Source of the DNA: Candidatus Bathyarchaeota archaeon
GTDB lineage: Archaea > Thermoproteota > Bathyarchaeia > Bathyarchaeales > Bathycorpusculaceae
Assembly (NCBI GenBank): GCA_963833575.1
Contig: CAWHXY010000004.1
Location: forward strand, 544,001 to 608,000
DNA: 64,000 nucleotides
Direction of reading: 5' to 3'
Shown: in pieces, positions 21,520 through 31,281 of the stretch
Layout: every line of letters starts with the position of its first letter
How positions within the stretch are numbered: the stretch's first letter is position 1
Program-made: the position numbers and the translations under genes
Notes under the pieces: generated by a model
Database searches by the model: none
What the model was told of the DNA's origin: nothing
What the model saw: only the letters and a program-made list of their open reading frames with translations

Positions 21520-22116
21520 TTAACTAAAAAATGCAGCTGAATTTCTTAGTGAATATTCAACTGGAAAAACCTGAAGCTGGCGACCGTTGACTTCAATATC
21601 TTTGGATGTTAAAAATCCCCTCTTCTCTTTGACTAAGAGTTCAAATTTAACTTTTAAGCCTCCACCATAACCACCTAGTGTAAAATCAGATTTTACAACT
21701 CTGTGGCATGGAATGATCGGCGCAAAAGGGTTAGATGCCATAACGTTTCCAACAGCCCTGGGACCTCCACCCACCGCCTTAGCAATTGCGCCATAAGAAG
21801 CTACATATCCGATAGGAATCTGAGCTGTTGCTTTAAGCGTTTCCTGAGTATAAGAGGGCAAACGAGTTAAGGCTAAAGAAAAATTTGCGTTAACATTTTG
21901 CCCATCGTAAATAGCTTTCAGAGAAGAAAGAATAGTTTTAGCGAAGGCTGAAGGCTTATGGAAAACCTCAAAAGGAACATTGAACGGTAAATTTTCTAAA
22001 ATGTTGCCTAATGTTAACTGTTGACTTACACCAAACGATGTTGTGATGATTTGCTGTTGAGAGCAGGCAACGCTGAACCAAACGTCGTCAAAGTTTTGAG
22101 AATAAATTTCTATCAT
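21520..22116 (-). CDS. ogt: Methylated-DNA--protein-cysteine methyltransferase
   Basis: RAVGNVM..NP, IPCHRV, GGYGGG. Confidence 0.92.
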   Translation of the reverse strand: MIEIYSQNFDDVWFSVACSQQQIITTSFGVSQQLTLGNILENLPFNVPFEVFHKPSAFAKTILSSLKAIYDGQNVNANFSLALTRLPSYTQETLKATAQIPIGYVASYGAIAKAVGGGPRAVGNVMASNPFAPIIPCHRVVKSDFTLGGYGGGLKVKFELLVKEKRGFLTSKDIEVNGRQLQVFPVEYSLRNSAAFFS

Positions 22117-22418
22117 CCGCTTCGACCTTGGGCCTATTTGCCAGTGTAAACAGCAAAGGGTTTGTTAAAAGTTTCTGCGAAATAAACTTGATTTGCCTGA
22201 GCATTCCAAGCATGTAGCAATCAATTTAATATTATCTGACGATTAAGTATTGACCAAAAAGCTCTTAGCCGTAACAGATATGTAGCCGACTGGTTTTCCG
22301 CATTTTTGCCATTTTATTGGTTCAGAATCAGTCATAAACGAGTCACTCGCCTATTCTATAATGGTTATAAGCAACCTTAATAATTTGTTTTGTGTATAAC
22401 AACGAAAAGGCGAAATTT

Positions 22419-23105
22419 ATGGAAGGATATGGACCACAATTACCACAAATACCCCAAATTCCACAAATGCCAATGCCGCAAGATCAACAGCAACAAGCGC
22501 AACAAAGCGGCTATGCATGGATGCCGGGCGCAACTACAGTTGGTGTTGTCTTTGCTGACGGAGTAGTTTTAGCATCTGAAAAAAGAGTAACTTACGGTTA
22601 TTTCGTTATGAGCAAAGGAGGCAAAAAAGTATTCAAAGTAACTGACCAAATAGGCGTTGCTTGTGCAGGACTTGTTGGAGACATGCAAATCCTTGCTAAG
22701 GAAATGGAAGCTCAAGCAAACCTGTACAGCATGGACACGGGAAGAAAAATCAGCGTTCGTTCAGCATCAAAACTTTTGGCAACTGTCCTCTTCAATCGTA
22801 GATATTCACCATTAATTACTCAAACAATTGTCGGTGGTTTAGACGAAGAAGGCCCCTCACTTTATGTTCTTGATGTTTTAGGCTCGCTTATACCTGATAA
22901 ATACGCGGTTGTGGGGACAGGAACAGAACTAGCCATTGGTGTTTTGGAAGAAGGCTACAAAGAAACCATGAATACAGAAGAAGCTAAAGATCTCGTGACG
23001 CGCTCGATAAAATCAGCTATAAGCAGAGACTCAATGAGCGGCGACGGTATAGACTTCCTTATAATAACTAAAGATGGCATAGCTGAAGATTCCATAAAGT
23101 TTTAA
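22419..23105 (+). CDS. psmB: Proteasome beta subunit (Thr1 replaced by Ala)
   Basis: G-ATTVG, ASEKR, AGLVGD, RDSMSGD; P/Q-rich propeptide. Confidence 0.9.
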   Translation: MEGYGPQLPQIPQIPQMPMPQDQQQQAQQSGYAWMPGATTVGVVFADGVVLASEKRVTYGYFVMSKGGKKVFKVTDQIGVACAGLVGDMQILAKEMEAQANLYSMDTGRKISVRSASKLLATVLFNRRYSPLITQTIVGGLDEEGPSLYVLDVLGSLIPDKYAVVGTGTELAIGVLEEGYKETMNTEEAKDLVTRSIKSAISRDSMSGDGIDFLIITKDGIAEDSIKF

Positions 23106-23179
23106 ACAATTCCCCAACTCTTTAATTTTCGTAATTAAGCAGTAAAGTAGAGCATAATTCGTTCATAAGAGGCAGCATT

Positions 23180-23803
23180 ATGTCGTTTGAACTAACAGAT
23201 GAAGAAGGAAAATTTTTAATTCACCTCGCAAGAACAACGGTAAAAATATATCTAGAAAATGGAGAAAAAATTGGGTCGCCAAAAGAGACCCCGAAAAAGT
23301 TTTTTGAGCATTGTGGAGTCTTCGTAACCATAAGCAACCTAAGACGGGGCAAAAAGGAACTTCGCGGCTGCATCGGTTACCCTTACCCTACAAGTCCACT
23401 TGTGGAAGCAGTGATTGATTCTGCCATTAACGCCGCAACACAAGATCCACGATTTGAACCTTTATCTTTGGATGAGTTAGGCAAGGTCGTGTTTGAAATA
23501 AGTGTACTAACGCCGCCGGAGGCTGTGGAAGTTGCGAATCCAAAGGAATATCTAAGTGAAATTAAGGTTGGCGAAGATGGTTTAATTGTTGAAAAAGGCT
23601 ACCACAAGGGTTTGCTTTTGCCTCAAGTACCTGTTGAGTGGGGATGGTGTGAAGAAGAATTTTTGTGCCAATGCTGCGTCAAGGCAGGAGTCCCGATGGA
23701 TAGTTGGTTAACAAAAGGTGTTAAAATTTACAAATTTAAAGCGATAGTTTTTGAAGAAGAAACCCCGATGGGTGAAGTTAAACGTGTCCAGCTTCACAAA
23801 TGA
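23180..23803 (+). CDS. AMMECR1/TIGR00296 family protein
   Basis: GVFVT, LRGCIG, DPRF, GLLLPQVP. Confidence 0.92.
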   Translation: MSFELTDEEGKFLIHLARTTVKIYLENGEKIGSPKETPKKFFEHCGVFVTISNLRRGKKELRGCIGYPYPTSPLVEAVIDSAINAATQDPRFEPLSLDELGKVVFEISVLTPPEAVEVANPKEYLSEIKVGEDGLIVEKGYHKGLLLPQVPVEWGWCEEEFLCQCCVKAGVPMDSWLTKGVKIYKFKAIVFEEETPMGEVKRVQLHK

Positions 23804-23812
23804 CAATCGGCA

Positions 23813-24952
23813 TTAATCTAGTAAGGTTTCGATGATTGTAACTGCTCGGTCTAAGCCATTAAATTTGCTTGAGAACTCGCTTAGCGTCAACACATTTCTA
23901 TCGAAGGTTTCTTGATCTGAGTCCATTTTTGCTATGGCTTTTTCCAATTCTTTCTTGTTCTTAACGGTTATTGAACATTTTAGATCTTGAAGTTTAGCTG
24001 CGTTGCCTTCTTGTTCGGGCTGCGTTGGAATGCAAATGGTTGGTTTAGAATGTTTGATGGTTTCAAAGCATGTTGCATGGCCACCGCTGAAGATTACGAA
24101 TTTTGCATTTTTCATCGCTTCTTGCCGCTCTTCAGCCGTTAGCCAAGTGTGAAGTTCGCAGTTTCCAATTTTGGCGGTTACTTTTTTTCCAGGTGTTCCT
24201 AGACTAATTACGCATTTAGTTTTGAGTTTTTCAAGGACAGGAATGAGAGTTTTTATTAGTTTTGCTCTTGTGCCTGGTGGTCCGCTGATGGGAGCAAAAA
24301 TATGTTGATGTGGACCTTTAAGGGGTGTTGTGTCAACGAAGCTTCCTGTGTACTCTACTTTCGCATTTAATCCTAAGTGATCTAAGTCTCCAATGCTGTA
24401 TTCTGAGATTGTGTAAGGTGGCGGATTGTCAGGAATGATTATTTTTGAACACTGTTTGACATATCTCTCAACCACTCGTTCGCCTGGGCTGAGGAAAGCG
24501 GAGAACCCATAGCTTGGTCTAATCATATTAGCAATGTAAACTGAAGGAATTCTCCATCTTTGAGCAAGCCGAAGCGCGTTTATATCGCCGTCAGCAATGA
24601 GAAGATCAGGCGCAATATCATGAATATTTTCTCGAAGATCATAATATCGATGTATGGTTTCCCATGCATTGGAATTTTTTATTTCAAGCCTATTTCTCTC
24701 CATATTAAATAATGGGAGAGGAAAAAAAAGATTAACTAGAGAGGCAGAAGTAATGATGCCATGTGCGTTTTCATACCAAGAAATTGGAGTGCACTTTGAA
24801 ACGTTCTTAAACTCATTCTTTAGCATGTCGTGTGCTTTGCCGCCAGAGAAAAAGAACATTTCATGACCATGTTTCTCCAGCTTTTTCCCTAAGGGAATGA
24901 TACGGGAAACATGACCTAAGCCAAGCTCTGAACAGCTTATGAGTAGACGCAT
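23813..24952 (-). CDS. Glycosyltransferase (GT28/MJ1255-like)
   Basis: GLGHVSR N-terminus; GGHAT..E, EQEGNA C-terminal GT-B motifs. Confidence 0.8.
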   Translation of the reverse strand: MRLLISCSELGLGHVSRIIPLGKKLEKHGHEMFFFSGGKAHDMLKNEFKNVSKCTPISWYENAHGIITSASLVNLFFPLPLFNMERNRLEIKNSNAWETIHRYYDLRENIHDIAPDLLIADGDINALRLAQRWRIPSVYIANMIRPSYGFSAFLSPGERVVERYVKQCSKIIIPDNPPPYTISEYSIGDLDHLGLNAKVEYTGSFVDTTPLKGPHQHIFAPISGPPGTRAKLIKTLIPVLEKLKTKCVISLGTPGKKVTAKIGNCELHTWLTAEERQEAMKNAKFVIFSGGHATCFETIKHSKPTICIPTQPEQEGNAAKLQDLKCSITVKNKKELEKAIAKMDSDQETFDRNVLTLSEFSSKFNGLDRAVTIIETLLD

Positions 24953-25044
24953 ATACTACAGATAAGCGGCGATTTATTTTAATTATCCCCATGTCTGCTT
25001 GAAAAAAGCAAGCATTTTAAGGCGTAAACGCAACAATAAAAGGT

Positions 25045-25899
25045 ATGTTTATTCCCCGCAGAATCCTGGAAGAAAAGTTAAAACAAATACTTGCTGAAGA
25101 CATAGGGCAAGGCGACGTAACGGCCCAAGCAATTATTCCTCCAAATTTAATTGTAAAAGCAATAGTCTTAGCTAAAGAAGAAGGCGTGGCTGCTGGAATA
25201 GAAGAGGCAACTATTCTGGCTGAATATTTAGGATTAAAAGTTAAAACGAAAGTTGCTGATGGCGAAAAAATCAAGAATAAACAGGTTTTAATAGAGATTT
25301 CAGGTGATGCTCAAACCATCCTTTCCAGCGAGAGAACACTGCTTAATCTTCTTTCAAGAATGAGCGGTATCGCAACCACTACACGAAGATTAACAGAGAA
25401 GCTTGAAAAGACTAGTTCAAAAGCAAGAATTGCTGCCACGCGAAAATCAGCGCCAGGGCTACTTTATTTTGACAAAAAAGCCGTAATAATTGGGAACGGA
25501 GACCCTCATAGACTTCATTTAGATGATATGATTTTGATTAAAGATAATCATTTAGCTATTTTGGGAAATGTTGAAGCTGCAGTTAAGAAAGCAAAAGTGA
25601 ACGCTTCTTTTGCCAAAAAAATCGAAGTTGAAGTAACAATAGCGGAGGATGCGGTAAAAGCGGCGAAGGCAGGTGCTGATATTGTTATGCTGGATAATTT
25701 CTCTCCTAAACAAGCAAAAGAAGCTAGCCAAATGTTGTTGAAGGCGGGGTTTGACAAGGTGATGCTGGAAGTGAGCGGTGGAATTAAAGAAGAAACGTTG
25801 CTGGAGTATGCGGCGGCGCATGTTGATATAATTAGTATGGGCGAGCTTACTCATAGCGTTAAAGCTTTAGACATTAGCTTAGAAATAGTTAAAGATTGA
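25045..25899 (+). CDS. nadC: Nicotinate-nucleotide pyrophosphorylase (carboxylating)
   Basis: ERTLLN..SGIAT, ATRK, HR..L.D.ILIKDNH, EVEV, MLDN, SGGI. Confidence 0.96.
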   Translation: MFIPRRILEEKLKQILAEDIGQGDVTAQAIIPPNLIVKAIVLAKEEGVAAGIEEATILAEYLGLKVKTKVADGEKIKNKQVLIEISGDAQTILSSERTLLNLLSRMSGIATTTRRLTEKLEKTSSKARIAATRKSAPGLLYFDKKAVIIGNGDPHRLHLDDMILIKDNHLAILGNVEAAVKKAKVNASFAKKIEVEVTIAEDAVKAAKAGADIVMLDNFSPKQAKEASQMLLKAGFDKVMLEVSGGIKEETLLEYAAAHVDIISMGELTHSVKALDISLEIVKD

Positions 25900-25919
25900 A
25901 AGGAAAAAGTGATGCTGCT

Positions 25920-26492
25920 CTAGATACCGGCGTTTATCAGCAGAACTTCTACTATTGCGCCTACGATAAGTATGCCAGCGCAAATCCCGATGAAAATTAA
26001 TGCATTTCTAAGTTCATGTCTGATTATGGGCCATTTATATTTAAGTATTCTACGTACTAGCCAAATGCTCTCTGCAATGGCAATTGAGTAGGCAGTGAAT
26101 TCTAGCCAAAACACAGGTGTTAACACTAAACTTAACAAGCCTATCCATACTGGGTAGCCTTGGACGGAAGCTATAGCGCCTAGCGCAACGCCAGTGTTGA
26201 AAAGTATAGTTAGACCTAAAACAACTCCAAGAACAGGAACGAACATTAGCAAACAGATTCCAAAATTGTTTAAGAAAATGTATTCTGTTAGAGTATTATC
26301 GGATTTATGTTGGTTAAGAGTTGAGTTTAGATTGCTACTTATCGTCTGAGCATCTTGATGATTGAGAGGAATGAAACTTCCAACAACAGTAAGTACAAAC
26401 GCAATAACGAAAATAAATATGATCGAGTAGATTCTCTTGCGTTTTGAAGAAGCGTTTCTCCAGAAAGCAGGATACTCAAGTTTCAATGGCAT
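25920..26492 (-). CDS. SpoIIM-family membrane protein
   Basis: IFLNN, P...LE, several TM helices, GAIVE. Confidence 0.8.
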   Translation of the reverse strand: MPLKLEYPAFWRNASSKRKRIYSIIFIFVIAFVLTVVGSFIPLNHQDAQTISSNLNSTLNQHKSDNTLTEYIFLNNFGICLLMFVPVLGVVLGLTILFNTGVALGAIASVQGYPVWIGLLSLVLTPVFWLEFTAYSIAIAESIWLVRRILKYKWPIIRHELRNALIFIGICAGILIVGAIVEVLLINAGI

Positions 26493-26502
26493 ACCTTCAG
26501 TT

Positions 26503-27195
26503 TTAGTTTATTATCTTAATTCTTATGGCACGAAAACCTCGTGCACAAGGATTTAAGGTTTCTGCCAATTTAACCTTTGTCAATACCTTTTCAGCGTCAA
26601 CCGCGTAATTACGTACATCATGCTCAGCGGCTATAAGTGAATTAAGATAAATGCGGTCTTGATGAACTATTGGTTGACACATATAGGGCAAACCTAACAA
26701 GATAGGCTCTTTTTCAGCCAGCACTTTCTTGCATGCAAATAAAATTGCTTCCGCCCCAGCTGTTAATTCCGCAATTCGCACGGGAACACTTTCCTTCCCA
26801 ATAGCCAACATGTCGATATCATGTAAACGTTTAACTTCTCCAGCGATCTTTCTAAGTCTGGGCAGAATCTTGAGAATGTTTTGCCTTCCAGTTCTAGATG
26901 CTCGCAGGTTTGTAAGCTCAACTGGCGACAAGTCCTCAATCGAGACGCCGCCAAGCGTCATATCGAGATGGATAACATCAGCTTTCATTTTATCAAGCAA
27001 GGTCCTACAAAGCTCCGCTTCATGCACGATCACATCAAACCCAGTTTCAACTTCCTTAAAAATTGGTTCAGCCAACCGGTAAGATGGCTCACGAAATGGC
27101 GGCTCAACGAGCACGGAAGCGGAGGCAACAAGGTACAGTGGCTTAGACTGCTGGTCCAATATTGCTGCTGCAGAATCCGCTGATATAACTCTCAA
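26503..27195 (-). CDS. DUF4152-like hypothetical protein
   Basis: ADS.AA, HLDMTLGG, AIGKESVPVRIAEL motifs. Confidence 0.65.
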   Translation of the reverse strand: MRVISADSAAAILDQQSKPLYLVASASVLVEPPFREPSYRLAEPIFKEVETGFDVIVHEAELCRTLLDKMKADVIHLDMTLGGVSIEDLSPVELTNLRASRTGRQNILKILPRLRKIAGEVKRLHDIDMLAIGKESVPVRIAELTAGAEAILFACKKVLAEKEPILLGLPYMCQPIVHQDRIYLNSLIAAEHDVRNYAVDAEKVLTKVKLAETLNPCARGFRAIRIKIIN

Positions 27196-27233
27196 GTCTC
27201 CACACCATTAACAATAGTGGCTAAAACAAGAAA

Positions 27234-27875
27234 TTAGCTTTCCCCTTCGCATTTAAGCTTGGATTTCAGACCCAAAGCCAAAAGATACATCTCTGAACTT
27301 TTTTGTCGGCTAGCCGGAGGCTTCACTATCTTAACAGTATCAAAAAGTTCCTTAACCTTCAGGATGTACTCGTTGAACATTTCGCCTTCGAAGAGTTTAA
27401 CAAAAAAGTTTCCACCGGGATGAAGTATGCGTTGGGCTATTTCTAATGCCTGGGTGGCCAATTCGATTTGACATGCGTGGTCAACTTCCCAAACACCCGT
27501 TATGTTTGGTGCAGCATCAGAAATTACTGCATCTGCTTCTCGAGGAAGAAAAGAACGTATTTGTTCAACTGTGTCTGGTTCGGTGAAGTCTGCAATTATG
27601 GTTCGGACATATTCCTGGGTGAAGGGGTCAATTGGTTTCAGATCAATTCCCAAAATGAAGCCGTTTTTTCCAGTCATTTTTCTTGCAGCTTGAATCCAGC
27701 CGCCTGGCGCTGCACCTAAATCAACTAGTACGCTGTTTCTTTTAATGAATCCGTATTTCTCGTTAGCTTGAACTAGTTTGTATGTGGCTCTAGAACGGTA
27801 GTTTTCTTCTTTAGCTTTCTTGTAGTAGTATTCACGTTTTCTATCTCGGATCCAAGCTTTCGGCAGCGGAATCAT
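27234..27875 (-). CDS. rlmE: 23S rRNA Um2552 methyltransferase RlmE/RrmJ
   Basis: YRSRATYKL, DLGAAPGGW, SDAAPN, KPPASR..SSEMY. Confidence 0.93.
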   Translation of the reverse strand: MIPLPKAWIRDRKREYYYKKAKEENYRSRATYKLVQANEKYGFIKRNSVLVDLGAAPGGWIQAARKMTGKNGFILGIDLKPIDPFTQEYVRTIIADFTEPDTVEQIRSFLPREADAVISDAAPNITGVWEVDHACQIELATQALEIAQRILHPGGNFFVKLFEGEMFNEYILKVKELFDTVKIVKPPASRQKSSEMYLLALGLKSKLKCEGES

Positions 27876-28299
27876 CCTCCTCTATGCTCGCCTCGCTTGG
27901 CGCCTTTGGTTCGTTTGGATCCTCGGGAGTTACGGGAGCAGCAGTTGCTTCTTTTCCTAAACCAAGTATCCAATCAGTAAGTTTGGGGCAGGTTTTAGGA
28001 GAAAGCGCGGTTGTTGGATCACATCTTGCATTGTCTGGGCACAATAAGCATGGGCAATCTACGATAGTTTCTATTGATGCTGGAAGCCTTTTTGGGTAAA
28101 GCCTATAGGTCCATCTGCCTTCTTGAAGTTCTTTTTCCCGTCGAATTAACCCTTTTTCTTCTAGTTTGATGGAGACGCGTGAGCCTTCTCGACTGCTTGC
28201 GCCTAGTTCACGCCATAAATCTGATTGAAGCACGCCTTGATAGCCCGTGTTTACCACATAATGGAGTGCTTTCTGTTCAAGATCATTACGTTTAGGCAT
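27841..28299 (-). CDS. Transcription factor E beta subunit (archaeal RPC34 homologue)
   Basis: wHTH (GVLQSDLWRELG...KLEEKGLI) plus CPCLLC-x5-C-x10-C..L.DW Fe-S motif. Confidence 0.8.
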   Translation of the reverse strand: MPKRNDLEQKALHYVVNTGYQGVLQSDLWRELGASSREGSRVSIKLEEKGLIRREKELQEGRWTYRLYPKRLPASIETIVDCPCLLCPDNARCDPTTALSPKTCPKLTDWILGLGKEATAAPVTPEDPNEPKAPSEASIEEDDSAAESLDPR

Positions 28300-28381
28300 C
28301 GTATCAATTCCAAATAATGCAATTAGAATATAAGCGTTGAATCCAGATAAAAATATGTATCCCTTAAAAATGTGGAATCAC

Positions 28382-29416
28382 ATGAAAAAACCGCCAAAAC
28401 AAAATCAGAAAGAAGAAAGCTATTGTTTAGGGATAGAATCTTCTGCAGATGACTTCGGCATCGGAATTTCTAGCTTTAAAGGAGAAATACTTGCAAACAA
28501 ATATGACAGCTACATTCCTGTGGAAGGTGGAATTCACCCCAGAGAAGCAGCAAGGCATCATTCGGAAGTGGCTGATAAAGTGCTACATGACGCGTTGACC
28601 TTTGCTGGTTTGAAACCGGATGATTTGTCAGTTATTGCATTTTCTCAAGGTCCAGGCTTGGGTCCAAGCCTGCGAACTGGCGCTACAGTTGCCCGAGCCT
28701 TGGCTTCTTACCTTGATATTCCGCTCGTAGGCGTTAACCATTCTGTAGCTCATATTGAGATTGGAAAACTCAAAACAGGCGTTGCCGATCCAGTGACGCT
28801 TTATGTCTCCGGAGGCAACACTATGGTTACTGCTTTTGAGGCTGGCCGCTACAGAGTTTTTGGCGAAACCTTAGACATTGCCCTTGGAAATTGTCTCGAT
28901 GTTTTCGCAAGAGAAGCAGGGCTTAAACATCAAAAAGGGGTGCCGCTTGGTGCTGCCGTGGAACGTTTAGCGGCTAGAGGCAAAAACTTAGTTTCTTTGC
29001 CCTACGTTGTGAAAGGCATGGATCTTTCGCTTAGCGGCTTATTGACGTCAGCTACTGCTCAGCTGCACTGTGATAATTGTTGCTTGGAGGATTTGTGTTT
29101 TAGTCTCCAGGAGTATGCTTTTTCTATGGTTGCTGAAGTTACTGAGCGAGCTTTAGCTCATACCGAAAAAAGACAAGTTTTGCTGACTGGAGGAGTAGCG
29201 GCAAATAAACGACTTCAATCTATGCTCGCCATTATTGCTGAGGAGCATGATGCACAGTTTAATGTGGTTCCGATTGAATTTGCGACCGATAATGGCGCTA
29301 TGATCGCGTGGACTGGTGTTTTAGCTTACCAACATGGGTTAGTTACACCTTTAGATGAAAGTTTTGTAAAACTTCGCTGGCGTGTGGATAAGGTAGATGT
29401 GCCATGGATACAGTGA
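28382..29416 (+). CDS. kae1: KEOPS N6-threonylcarbamoyltransferase Kae1
   Basis: GIESS, GGIHPREA, VNHSVAHIE, VSGGNT, TDNGAMIA. Confidence 0.96.
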   Translation: MKKPPKQNQKEESYCLGIESSADDFGIGISSFKGEILANKYDSYIPVEGGIHPREAARHHSEVADKVLHDALTFAGLKPDDLSVIAFSQGPGLGPSLRTGATVARALASYLDIPLVGVNHSVAHIEIGKLKTGVADPVTLYVSGGNTMVTAFEAGRYRVFGETLDIALGNCLDVFAREAGLKHQKGVPLGAAVERLAARGKNLVSLPYVVKGMDLSLSGLLTSATAQLHCDNCCLEDLCFSLQEYAFSMVAEVTERALAHTEKRQVLLTGGVAANKRLQSMLAIIAEEHDAQFNVVPIEFATDNGAMIAWTGVLAYQHGLVTPLDESFVKLRWRVDKVDVPWIQ

Positions 29417-30063
29417 CTGAAAAAACACTGTTTAAGAAGGGTGCAGAAGCAAGCCTTTATGCTGCCAACTGGAATGGCCAAAAAGTGATAATTAAAATCC
29501 GAATCCCCAAAAAGTACCGTCCAGAAGCGATGGATAAGCAAATTCGAAGTTACCGCACCGTTCATGAACCACAATTGATGCACGAAGCGAAAGTCGCCGA
29601 GGTACCAACGCCACTGATTTACATGGTTAATGTTCCTGAGGCTTCGATTACAATGGAGTTTGTAGAAGGGCAACAGATTAAGCATTTATTAAACAAAGCA
29701 TCGTCGGATAAGCGCAAGGAAATTTGCATTGCAATTGGCGAATTAATCGGTAAGCTCCACAGACACGGCTTAATCCACGGCGACTTAACAACTTCAAACA
29801 TGATTCTTAGCCCTGAAGGCAAAATCTTCTTCGTGGACTTCGGATTAGGAGAAAAAAACATGGAAGTGGAGGCACAGGGAGTGGATTTGCATTTGATGAA
29901 GCGAGCGTTACAGAGTACGCATTACTTGTTTTGGGAAGAATGCTTTAAGGCCGTGATGTGCGGTTACTCCTCAGTTTTGGGCGCTGAGACTGCTGAGAAG
30001 GTTTATGAGAAAATAAAAGAAATAGAGAGGCGTGGTCGATACGTCGAAGAAAGAAAACAATAA
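29404..30063 (+). CDS. bud32: KEOPS kinase Bud32
   Basis: KGAEA, HGDLTTSN, DFGL, VDL, RGRY. Confidence 0.95.
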   Translation: MDTVTEKTLFKKGAEASLYAANWNGQKVIIKIRIPKKYRPEAMDKQIRSYRTVHEPQLMHEAKVAEVPTPLIYMVNVPEASITMEFVEGQQIKHLLNKASSDKRKEICIAIGELIGKLHRHGLIHGDLTTSNMILSPEGKIFFVDFGLGEKNMEVEAQGVDLHLMKRALQSTHYLFWEECFKAVMCGYSSVLGAETAEKVYEKIKEIERRGRYVEERKQ

Positions 30064-30667
30064 AAAAGCATGCAACATCGATAGCAAGGTTGTCTTTTTC
30101 GCCACAGGCAACATCAACAAGTTCAATGAAGCCAGAAGCATCCTAAGTCCCTATGGCATCTCAATTGGATTATTACGCATGAAAGGCGACGAGATACAAA
30201 GCGACGCCCTCGTAGAAATCGCAAAATCCAGCGTCGTTAACGCATACAAGCGAACGCACTTGCCTATTTTTGTTGAAGATGCAGGTTTATTCATTGAAAC
30301 CCTAAACGGTTTTCCTGGTCCATATGCAGCTTACGTTTACAAGACAATTCTCAATACTGGCATACTAAAGTTGATGGAAAAGACATATAATAGGCAAGCT
30401 GAATTCCAGTCAGTCATAGCTTATTGCGATCAAACCCTCAGTGAACCGCAAGTTTTCGACGGCGAATCCAAAGGCGAAATAACCCTGTCCGAACGCAAAC
30501 CTAAGGGCAAAGCCCATTTCGGCTTTGACCCGATTTTTCAGCCAGATGGAAGCGAAAAATCTTTTGCAGAAATGACAACTGAAGAGAAAAACGGTTTTTC
30601 GCACCGAGCAATGGCAATACGGAAATTTGCTAAATGGTTCAAGAATAATATAAGAAACGAAATCTAA
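30032..30667 (+). CDS. rdgB: Non-canonical purine NTP pyrophosphatase (RdgB/HAM1)
   Basis: ATGN..K, EDAGL, FPGPY, FGFDPIF, SHR. Confidence 0.94.
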   Translation: MVDTSKKENNKKACNIDSKVVFFATGNINKFNEARSILSPYGISIGLLRMKGDEIQSDALVEIAKSSVVNAYKRTHLPIFVEDAGLFIETLNGFPGPYAAYVYKTILNTGILKLMEKTYNRQAEFQSVIAYCDQTLSEPQVFDGESKGEITLSERKPKGKAHFGFDPIFQPDGSEKSFAEMTTEEKNGFSHRAMAIRKFAKWFKNNIRNEI

Positions 30668-30742
30668 AATTTAATTTTTTATCTTAGGCATTACTTTTAA
30701 ATATTCGTGAACTATGGTTTAGGTGCAGTTTAAGGTGTAAAG

Positions 30743-31183
30743 ATGCCAAAGCAAGAAAAAGGAAAGTCCCATTCGATTCGTCCAGTAAGTAGGCGTCCTC
30801 CAAGCTGGTGCAAATATCAGCCTGAAGAAGTAGAATCATTCATAATAAAATTGGCCAAAGAAGGCCATTCAATGAGTAGCATAGGCACCATCCTTAGGGA
30901 TCAATATGCAATTCCCCTTGTGAAGCCGATTGTTGGTAAAAGCATAAGCGATGTTTTGGAAGCAGCAAACCTTGCCCCAACAATGCCAGAAGACCTATCG
31001 AACCTCATGAAAAAAGCTCAGAGCCTTGCAGTTCATATGGATAAAAACAAGAAAGACCTCCATAACAAACGCAATATGCAAATCATCGAAGCAAGAATTC
31101 ACAAGCTCTCCAGATACTATAAGCGTGAAGGCGTCTTAGCAAAGAACTGGAAGTACGAAGCAAAAATCGCTTCAGTAACCTAA
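30743..31183 (+). CDS. rps15: 30S ribosomal protein S15 (uS15)
   Basis: IG.ILRDQYAIP, PEDL, KKDLHNKR, EARIHKL.RYYK. Confidence 0.95.
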   Translation: MPKQEKGKSHSIRPVSRRPPSWCKYQPEEVESFIIKLAKEGHSMSSIGTILRDQYAIPLVKPIVGKSISDVLEAANLAPTMPEDLSNLMKKAQSLAVHMDKNKKDLHNKRNMQIIEARIHKLSRYYKREGVLAKNWKYEAKIASVT

Positions 31184-31281
31184 ACCTTTCTTATCTTTTG
31201 TTTTATGTTTTCATTTTGTAAGTCGATACGCCAGCTTTAAATCTAATCAACTCTCTTTAGCCAAAAGAGTGGGAACTTTAC

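Noticed and set aside
22117-22418. ncRNA in the 300-bp ogt-psmB spacer
   Set aside because: No GC-rich stems or recognisable RNA motifs; consistent with divergent promoters
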